This document shows, one piece after another, positions 25,310 through 32,072 of a stretch of DNA of 32,072 bases (position 1 is the first letter of the stretch; every line of letters starts with the position of its first letter). The translations under genes and the position numbers were made by a program. The stretch is from Candidatus Methylomirabilia bacterium. GTDB taxonomy: Bacteria > Methylomirabilota > Methylomirabilia > Rokubacteriales > CSP1-6. The notes under the pieces were generated by a model. The model was not told the origin of the DNA. It saw only the letters and a program-made list of their open reading frames with translations, and ran no database searches. The stretch covers positions 1-32,072 of the forward strand of contig JBGPXN010000041.1 in NCBI GenBank assembly GCA_041492755.1, given 5' to 3'.

Positions 25310-26515
25310 ATGATTTCGGTGCAGGATGGCCAAAATCGCATCCTTGCCCAGGTCACCACCCTCGCCCCGCCCGAGCAGGTCGCGCTCGCCGCCGCCCTCG
25401 GGCGCGTCCTCGCCGATCCCGTGCGCGCGCCGTTCGACGTGCCGCCCGCGGACAACTCGGCCGTCGACGGATATGCCGTCGGGAGCGCCGATATCCCGGT
25501 CGGCGGGCAGCGGGAGCTGCGCGTGATCGCCGACCTCCCCGCCGGGTCCGTCTTCGACGGCACCCTCGGCGGCGGTGAGAGCATCCGCATCATGACCGGC
25601 GCTCCACTGCCGGCCGGCGCCGACACCGTCTACCCCCAGGAGATCGTCGAGCGCGCGGGCGACGTCGTCCGCGTCCCGCCCCTCGCCAAGGGCGTCAACG
25701 TGCGGGCGCGCGGTGAAGACGTCGAGACGGGCACCGTGGTGGTCGAGGACGGCGCCGTCCTCCGCCCGCAGGAGATCGGCGTCATCGCCTCCCTCGGGAT
25801 CGTCCAGCTCCGGGTGCGACAGCGGCCGCGCGTCGCGCTGCTGTCGACGGGCGACGAAGTGGCCGAGCCGGGTTCGCCGCGCCACCCGGGACAGATCTAC
25901 GACGCCAATCGCTTCACCCTGCGCGGGCTCGCCGAGCAGTGCGGAGCGGAGGTGACCGATCTCGGGATCGTCGCCGACCGCCGCGACGATCTGCGCGCGG
26001 CGCTCCGCGACGCGAGCGACGTCGCCGACGTCGTCATCAGCTCGGGCGGAGTTTCCGTCGGCGCCTACGATCTGGTCAAGGACGTCCTGGGCGAGCTGGG
26101 CGGCATTGATTTCTGGCAGGTCGCCATGCAGCCGGGACGACCGCTGGCCGTGGGGCGCATCGGCCCGGCGCATTTCTTCGGGTTGCCCGGCAACCCGGTC
26201 GCCTCCATGCTGACGTTCATGCTGTTCGTCCGTCCGGCCATCTTCAAGCTCGCGGGACGCCGCGTGCTCTTCCCGCAGACGTGGCAGGCCCGGACGCTCG
26301 AGCCGATGACGAAGAAATCCGGGCGGCGCGAGTTCAAGCGCGGGGTCCTGCGCTTCGGTCCCGAGGGCTGGCAGGTCCGCACCACCGGCCCCCAGGGCTC
26401 CGGCATCCTGAGCTCGATGGTCACCGGTAACTGCCTCATCATCCTGGACGAGGACCGTGGCGACGTCGCCGCCGGCGAGGTCGTCGCCGTCGAGCCGTTC
26501 GCGTTCGGGCCCTGA
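25310..26515 (+). CDS. moeA: Molybdopterin molybdotransferase MoeA
   Basis: PPADNSAVDGYA, IMTGAPLP, STGDE, SGGVSVG and FGLPGNPVA motifs; start at ATG 25310. Confidence 0.94.
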   Translation: MISVQDGQNRILAQVTTLAPPEQVALAAALGRVLADPVRAPFDVPPADNSAVDGYAVGSADIPVGGQRELRVIADLPAGSVFDGTLGGGESIRIMTGAPLPAGADTVYPQEIVERAGDVVRVPPLAKGVNVRARGEDVETGTVVVEDGAVLRPQEIGVIASLGIVQLRVRQRPRVALLSTGDEVAEPGSPRHPGQIYDANRFTLRGLAEQCGAEVTDLGIVADRRDDLRAALRDASDVADVVISSGGVSVGAYDLVKDVLGELGGIDFWQVAMQPGRPLAVGRIGPAHFFGLPGNPVASMLTFMLFVRPAIFKLAGRRVLFPQTWQARTLEPMTKKSGRREFKRGVLRFGPEGWQVRTTGPQGSGILSSMVTGNCLIILDEDRGDVAAGEVVAVEPFAFGP

Positions 26516-26524
26516 GCGCGACGC

Positions 26525-28090
26525 ATGGCCACCGCCGTCTCCGTGGACCTGATCGACCGGATCAAGATCGGCGTCCGGGATCTGCTCCGGGACAGCTCCG
26601 GCCGGTTGCCAAACCTGCGCTACGCCGACGCGCGCCTGGAGGTCGTCGAGTCGAAGTGGGTCGGCGCCGAGAACGGCGGCGGCAAGGCCTCGGGCGACGA
26701 CTACGCCTTCGCCCTCGGCGTCCGCGTGCTCGCCGGCGACCGCGCCGTCGCTCCCGGCTACGTGGGGCGGCAGCTCGGCGCCGCCGATGCCGCGCACGTG
26801 GAGCGCATCGTCCGGGAGACGCTCGACCGCGCCTACCGGCGGGCGATGGTGAACGCCGAGATGAAAGCCGATGCGCGCGAAAAGTTCGGCGCGCTCGGCG
26901 AGGCGCTCGCCGACACGCGGCTGCATCCGATCGACGCGCGCGAGGACACGGTGCCCGCCGTCTACCGGATCGACCCGCGCGCGCTGGATCTGGGCGAGAT
27001 GATCCGCTACACGGTGGACGTGTCGCGGCGGGTGGCCGCGGCCGATCCGCACGTCAAGCACAACTACGTCGCCACGCTCAGCCAGCTCTCGCGCGAGCTC
27101 TTCGCCTCCACCGAGGGCGCGCTCATCGACCAGAGCTTCGCGCTCACCCAGGGCTGGTGCTCCGCGGTCGCGGTCGATGGGGCCACCAGCCAGGAGCACT
27201 ACGACGCGCTGGGCCACCAGCGGGGCTGGGAGATCCTGCTCGAGGGCGTGGACGAGCCGCTCGTCCGTTTCCCCCCCTTCACCGCGTTCGCCGAGGCCCT
27301 GGCCCGCGAGAGCGCCGAGCTGGCCCAGGCGCCAGCACTCCCCACCTCGGACGGCGACGTCGTCGTCGTCACCGACCCGCACTACAACACGCTCGTCTCC
27401 CACGAGATCGTCGGCCACCCCGTCGAGCTCGACCGCGCGCTGAAGATGGAGACGGCCTACGCGGGCCGCTCCTGGCTCATGCGCGATCTGCGCGAGCACC
27501 AGGTCGGCCGGCAGATCGCCTCGCCGCTGGTGACGGCCTACTCCGATCCGGCGCTCCCCGGTTACGGCCACTACGCCTATGACCACGAGGGCACGCCGGC
27601 CCGTCGCGTCGTGCACATCGACCGCGGCGTCTTCACCGGATTCATGAACAGCCGGCAAACCGCGGCCCTCTTCGGCGGCGCGCCGAACGGCCACTACAAG
27701 GCCGTCGAAGCATCCCTCGTACCGCTCGTCCGCATGTCGACCACCGTGTTCGCCGGGGGCAGCCGCGATCCCGCCGAGATACTGAAGGAAGTGGATCGTG
27801 GCTACTACGTCGCCGGCCATCGCACGCCGTCGATCGCGGAGAGCCGCGAGAACTTCCGCATCTCCGCCCGCCGCGTGTACGAGATCCGGAACGGCGAGCT
27901 CGGCCAGCTCTATCGCGATGGCGGGATCGCCGCCGACAGCCGCGACTACCTCATGAACGTCGACGCCGTGGGCCGGGACTTCCTGGTGTACCCGATCCCG
28001 AACTGCGGCAAGGGGCAGCCCATGCAGAGCCGCAAGCTCGGAAACGGCGGGCCGACGATGCGCAGCCGGGCCCGCGTGGTCGGAGGCTGA
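26525..28090 (+). CDS. tldD: TldD family metalloprotease (catalytic subunit)
   Basis: HEIVGHPVELDR (HExxxH), YDHEGTPA, RMS and C-terminal CGKGQP metal-ligand Cys. Confidence 0.88.
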   Translation: MATAVSVDLIDRIKIGVRDLLRDSSGRLPNLRYADARLEVVESKWVGAENGGGKASGDDYAFALGVRVLAGDRAVAPGYVGRQLGAADAAHVERIVRETLDRAYRRAMVNAEMKADAREKFGALGEALADTRLHPIDAREDTVPAVYRIDPRALDLGEMIRYTVDVSRRVAAADPHVKHNYVATLSQLSRELFASTEGALIDQSFALTQGWCSAVAVDGATSQEHYDALGHQRGWEILLEGVDEPLVRFPPFTAFAEALARESAELAQAPALPTSDGDVVVVTDPHYNTLVSHEIVGHPVELDRALKMETAYAGRSWLMRDLREHQVGRQIASPLVTAYSDPALPGYGHYAYDHEGTPARRVVHIDRGVFTGFMNSRQTAALFGGAPNGHYKAVEASLVPLVRMSTTVFAGGSRDPAEILKEVDRGYYVAGHRTPSIAESRENFRISARRVYEIRNGELGQLYRDGGIAADSRDYLMNVDAVGRDFLVYPIPNCGKGQPMQSRKLGNGGPTMRSRARVVGG

Positions 28091-28091
28091 C

Positions 28092-28502
28092 ATGCGCCGT
28101 GGCGTCCTCGCCCTCACGATCGCCGGCGGCGTGCTGCTCCTGGGCGCCGCGCCGGCGGCGCCGCCGGAACACCCGGTCAGCTACATCAAGGTCGATGAGC
28201 TGAAAGCGATGCTCGACAAAGGGACCAAGGCCGACATCATCGACGTGCGCCATTGGGACCAGTACGTCGAGCAGCACATCAAGGGCGCGCGCTCGATGCC
28301 GCTGCGGGCGTTCCCCGAGCGCGCCGGCGAGATCTCGAAGACCGCGCTCGTCGTCTTCTATTGAACGTGCCCGCATGCGCTGGCCCGGGCGGCCAGCCAC
28401 ATGGTCTATGGCGCGGGCTGGCGGAACCACCGGGTGCTCGACGAGGGGCTGCCCGGCTGGGAACAGAAGGGCTATCCGGTGGAGGGCACGAAGGCCAAAT
28501 GA
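28092..28502 (+). CDS. Secreted rhodanese-domain protein, probable selenoprotein (Sec at TGA 28362-28364; 136 aa)
   Basis: Signal peptide; IIDVR..HIKGA rhodanese N-half; VVFY-TGA-TCPH; frame continues with RVLDEGLPGWEQKGYPVE to TGA 28500-28502, which overlaps the pmbA ATG. Confidence 0.85.
28369..28418 (+). promoter_or_regulatory. Candidate bacterial SECIS element
   Basis: Hairpin GCTGGCC-CGGGC-GGCCAGC (28379-28397) starting 14 nt after the UGA; extendable by CATG/CATG and GCCCG/CGGGC pairs. Confidence 0.6.
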
Positions 28503-30058
28503 CGTCGGCGGCTGACCTGGCCGCCGCCGCCCGCCGCGCCCTCGCGCACGCTCGGGGACAGCCCGGCGTGCGCGAAGTCGAAGCGCTCGCCGCGGCCAAC
28601 GCCACCCTGCTCACCCGCCTCTGCTACACCTCCCACATCCCCAGCAACGGCGTCGAAGAGCCGAAGTCCACCGAGAGTCATGGCCTCGGGCTTCAAGTCG
28701 TGTTCGACGGTCCGGACGGCCCGCGCCTCGGCTTCGGCAGCGAGCCGAACGACCTCGGCCCGAGCGGCGTGGAGCGCGCGCTCGCCAAGGCGCGGCAGGC
28801 GGCGGTGTTCGACCCGGAGTTCGTCTCGCTCCCGCGGCCGACCGGCGAGAAGCGGACGCTGAGCAATTACCACGATCCGCTCCTCATGGCCGTCGACGAC
28901 GAGCGGCTCGTGGAGTGCGGCTGGAGGATCGTCTCCGGCGCTCTGCGCACCTTCATGACGTCCCCCCGCCTGCTCGACCTCGCCGGTGGCGCCGACGCGC
29001 TGGCCCGGCTCGGCCTGATCGTCGGCGGTGACGTCACCATCCTCCAGGAGCGTATCGCGCTGGCGTCCACCGCGATGCCCGACGTGCAGACCGACGAGTC
29101 CACGCTGATCACCGCCTACGTGACGGCGATGGTCGAAGCGCGCGACGCCAAGGGGTCCGGCTGGTCCACGGGCACGCGGCTCGAGCATTTCACCGACGAG
29201 GCCGCCGTCGATGCGGCCCAAGCCGCCATCGACGCGATCGGCGGCGAGCGTGTCCCCTCCGGAACCTACACGGTCGTCTTCGGCCGGCAGCCGGTGGCCG
29301 ACATCCTCAACAACATCGTGGTCCCAGGCCTCAACGCCGGAGCCTTCTACGCGTCGACCACGCCGTTCCTCGGTCGCCTTGGCCACCGCGTCGCCTCGGC
29401 GCGACTGTCCATCTACGACCATGGCGCCCGCGCGGATCTCATGGGCTCCAAGGGGATCACGTGTGAAGGCCTGCCCACGGGCCGCACGGACCTGATCCGC
29501 CACGGCGTGCTCACCGGCTGCCTCTCGTGCTGGTACGAGACGCAGCGGCTCCTGCGCGACGCGCAGCTCGCCACGAAGCTCGGGGCCACCGGAGGGGAGG
29601 CGCAGGCGGCGCTCGTGCCCCGCAACGGATTTCGATTCGGCTCGGGCGGCGGCCGGCAGTTCGACAGCCGGCCCGAGGTGGCGGCATCGAACGTCGTGGT
29701 GGAGGGCACCGATGCCGTCCCGCTCGACGAGCTCGTCCGGAACGTCGGCCATGGCCTCTACGTCGGCCGTATCTGGTACACGTACCCGATCAACGGGCTG
29801 CGCGCGGGGGATTTCACCTGCACCGTCGTCGGCGATTCGTATATCATCCGCGACGGGCGGCTCGCGGCGCCGCTCCGGCCCAACACGGTGCGCATCAACG
29901 ACAACATTGCGACGGTGTTGAACAACGTGGTCGGCGTCAGCCGCGACGTGAAGGGAACGATCGGGTGGGCGACGGACGAGGTCGTCTACACCCCCGAGGT
30001 CGCGGTCTCCGGCGTCCGGGTCGACGAGATCGCCGGCTTCATGGAGGAGCTGCCCTGA
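28499..30058 (+). CDS. pmbA: PmbA/TldE family protein (non-catalytic partner of TldD)
   Basis: TldD/PmbA fold features (VPSGTYTVVF, TCEGLPTGRT.LI..GVL, GDFT, IRDG); lacks HExxxH; ATGA-coupled start with GGAGG upstream. Confidence 0.82.
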   Translation: MTSAADLAAAARRALAHARGQPGVREVEALAAANATLLTRLCYTSHIPSNGVEEPKSTESHGLGLQVVFDGPDGPRLGFGSEPNDLGPSGVERALAKARQAAVFDPEFVSLPRPTGEKRTLSNYHDPLLMAVDDERLVECGWRIVSGALRTFMTSPRLLDLAGGADALARLGLIVGGDVTILQERIALASTAMPDVQTDESTLITAYVTAMVEARDAKGSGWSTGTRLEHFTDEAAVDAAQAAIDAIGGERVPSGTYTVVFGRQPVADILNNIVVPGLNAGAFYASTTPFLGRLGHRVASARLSIYDHGARADLMGSKGITCEGLPTGRTDLIRHGVLTGCLSCWYETQRLLRDAQLATKLGATGGEAQAALVPRNGFRFGSGGGRQFDSRPEVAASNVVVEGTDAVPLDELVRNVGHGLYVGRIWYTYPINGLRAGDFTCTVVGDSYIIRDGRLAAPLRPNTVRINDNIATVLNNVVGVSRDVKGTIGWATDEVVYTPEVAVSGVRVDEIAGFMEELP

Positions 30059-30975
30059 TGGCGGATCCGCGTCTCGAAGCCATCGCCCGCGAGTGCCGAG
30101 TGCAGATCATCCGGATGCTGACCCACGCCGGCTCCGGCCACCCCGGGGGCTCGCTCTCCGTGATCGACATCCTCACCGCCATCGTGTTCGGCCGGCTCCG
30201 CTACGATCCCAACCGTCCGGACTGGCCCGATCGCGATCGCATCATCCTCTCGAAGGGTCACGCGGTGCCCGCGCTCTACGCCGTCATGGCCAAGGCCGGC
30301 TACTTCCCCACCGAGCGGCTCATCACGCTGCGCAAGCTCGGCAGCCCGCTGCAGGGTCACCCCGATCGCACCGCGCTTCCCGGCATCGAAGCGGCCACCG
30401 GCTCGCTCGGCCAGGGCCTGTCGATCGCGGTGGGCGAGGCGCTCGGGCTGCGGCTTGCCGGCTCCCCCGCCCGCGTGTACTGCATCCTGGGCGACGGCGA
30501 GATCCAGGAGGGCCAGGTGTGGGAGGCGGCGATGAGCGCGCCACAGCTCGGCCAGCCGAAGCATCCGCTCGACAACCTCGTGGTCATCGTCGACTACAAC
30601 AAGATCCAGCTCGACGACTTCGTGGCGAAGATCCGCGACCTCGAGCCGCTCGTGGGCAAGTGGAAGGCGTTCGGCTGGCCGGTGCTCGAGATCGACGGCC
30701 ACGACGTCGACCAGGTCGGCAAAGCGCTCGACCAGGCGGAGGCGACGAAGGGCCTGCCCACGCTCGTGGTCGCGCACACCGTCAAGGGCAAGGGCGTCTC
30801 CTTCATGGAGAACAACGTCGACTGGCATGGCAAGGCGCCCAAGGTGTCGGAGGCGATCGCCGCCATCCGGGAAATCCTGGGCGTGAGCGAGGTGGCGTGG
30901 GACGACTACCTCGCCACCGATTCCGCGAGCCGCGCCATCGTCGACGAGCTCCGCTCGCTCGAAAAGAAAGGATAG
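30058..30975 (+). CDS. Transketolase, N-terminal (TPP-binding) subunit
   Basis: SGHPGGSLS, DRIILSKGH, LQGHP, GSLGQG, GDGEIQEG and HTVKGKG motifs; TGATG coupling with pmbA. Confidence 0.93.
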   Translation: MADPRLEAIARECRVQIIRMLTHAGSGHPGGSLSVIDILTAIVFGRLRYDPNRPDWPDRDRIILSKGHAVPALYAVMAKAGYFPTERLITLRKLGSPLQGHPDRTALPGIEAATGSLGQGLSIAVGEALGLRLAGSPARVYCILGDGEIQEGQVWEAAMSAPQLGQPKHPLDNLVVIVDYNKIQLDDFVAKIRDLEPLVGKWKAFGWPVLEIDGHDVDQVGKALDQAEATKGLPTLVVAHTVKGKGVSFMENNVDWHGKAPKVSEAIAAIREILGVSEVAWDDYLATDSASRAIVDELRSLEKKG

Positions 30976-30984
30976 GCGGACACG

Positions 30985-31911
30985 ATGCCGGCCAAGGCCA
31001 GCCGGGCGGCATTCGGTGAGGCGCTCCTCGACCTGGGCGCCCGCGACGAGCGCATCGTCGTCCTCGACGCGGATCTGTCGAAGTCCACGATGACGACGAG
31101 CTTCGCCAAGAAGTTTCCCGACCGCGCGTTCAACCTCGGCATCGCGGAGTCGAACATGGTCGGCGTGGGCGCGGGCCTGGCCCTGACCGGCCGTATCCCC
31201 TTCGTGTGCTCCTTCGCCTGCTTCGTGGTCGGCCGCTTCGAGACCATCCGCATCTCCGTCGCCTACACCAACGCCAACGTCAAGATCGTCGGCACCCACG
31301 CCGGCGTCGCGATCGGCGAGGACGGCTACAGCCAGATGGGCCTGGAGGACGTCGCCTGCCTGCGCGCGCTGCCCAACATCGAGATCATCCAGCCCGCCGA
31401 CGAGCTGGAGACGAAGCAGGCGGTGGCGTACGCCGTCGAGCACGAGGGTCCGGTCTATCTCAGGCTCACGCGGCAGAATCTCGAGCCCGTATGCCCACCG
31501 GAGTATCGGTTCCACATCGGGCGCTGGGTCCTGCTCCGTCCCGGCACCGACCTGACGCTCATCGGCTCCGGTGGTCCGATGTTCAACTGCCTGGAGGCCG
31601 CGCGCCAGCTGGCGGACCAGGGTATCTCGGCGGAAGTCATCAACGCGGCGTCGATCAAGCCGCTCGACGAGGATCTGTTGCTCCGATCGGCGGGCAAGAC
31701 CGGGCACGTGCTAACGGTGGAAGACCATTCGGTGGCCGGCGGCCTGGGCGGCGCGGTCGCGGAGTGCCTGGGCGAGGTGCTGCCCACGCCCCTCAAGCGG
31801 CTCGGCACCCACGGCTTCGGCGAGTCCGGTGACCTGAAAGGACTCTACGCCCGCCACGGCCTCGACCCCGCCGGAATCGCCGGGAGTGTTCGACAGTTCC
31901 TGAATCGCTGA
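30985..31911 (+). CDS. Transketolase, C-terminal subunit
   Basis: DADLSKST, GIAESNM, GEDGYSQM, YLRLTR and VEDHSVAGGLG motifs. Confidence 0.93.
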   Translation: MPAKASRAAFGEALLDLGARDERIVVLDADLSKSTMTTSFAKKFPDRAFNLGIAESNMVGVGAGLALTGRIPFVCSFACFVVGRFETIRISVAYTNANVKIVGTHAGVAIGEDGYSQMGLEDVACLRALPNIEIIQPADELETKQAVAYAVEHEGPVYLRLTRQNLEPVCPPEYRFHIGRWVLLRPGTDLTLIGSGGPMFNCLEAARQLADQGISAEVINAASIKPLDEDLLLRSAGKTGHVLTVEDHSVAGGLGGAVAECLGEVLPTPLKRLGTHGFGESGDLKGLYARHGLDPAGIAGSVRQFLNR

Positions 31912-32072
31912 TCGAACACGCCACCCAGCGCGAGTTCGTGTAGCGCCAGGCCTGGCGCCGTCGGTGACCTCGTGATCTGGGACAACCGCGCCACCATGCA
32001 TCGCGCCACGCCTTCGACGACGGCAAGTATCGTCGGAGCTGGCCGCGTGACGACGCTCGACATCGAGCAGCC
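31908..32072 (+). pseudogene. TauD/TfdA dioxygenase C-terminal remnant
   Basis: Reads LIEHATQREFV-TAG(31941)-RQAWR / VGDLVIWDNRATMHRAT / FDDGKYR..RVTTLDIE across several frameshifts; no N-terminal part. Confidence 0.7.

Noticed and set aside
28253..28498. 82-aa N-terminal extension of PmbA in the ORF track
   Set aside because: It overlaps the rhodanese in another frame. The ATGA-coupled ATG at 28499 with an upstream GGAGG is the better start.

Overview
High-GC bacterial chromosomal window with dense, translationally coupled genes. The gene content resembles Ca. Rokubacteria/Methylomirabilota, but this is inference only. Left half, minus strand, in transcription order: thrC-like enzyme, MoaD/CysO-type sulfur carrier, NIL protein, an internally deleted aminotransferase and glycerate kinase. 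These are followed by rlmN-mtaB-mtnP-pfkB-larE-larB-larC, a probable sigma54-driven 27-aa membrane micro-ORF, and coxS-coxL (partial). Middle: a GT-C-like membrane protein, phoD plus a deleted phoD paralog, an HExxH lipoprotein, two SDRs, YihY, a dienelactone-hydrolase lipoprotein, REP/MITE-like repeats, and a family B DNA polymerase with a C-terminal QLSLF clamp motif. Right: RRM, DUF309 and RDD proteins, then a moeA-tldD-rhodanese-pmbA-tktN-tktC operon and a TauD remnant. The strongest hidden signal is the rhodanese between tldD and pmbA. Its in-frame TGA (28362) falls exactly at the catalytic Cys position, is followed by a SECIS-like hairpin, and the frame continues to an ATGA overlap with pmbA. 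It is therefore a probable exported selenoprotein missed by the ORF track. Other signals: several genes with internal deletions that keep both ends, and repeated -10 boxes 6-8 nt before start codons (leaderless mRNAs).
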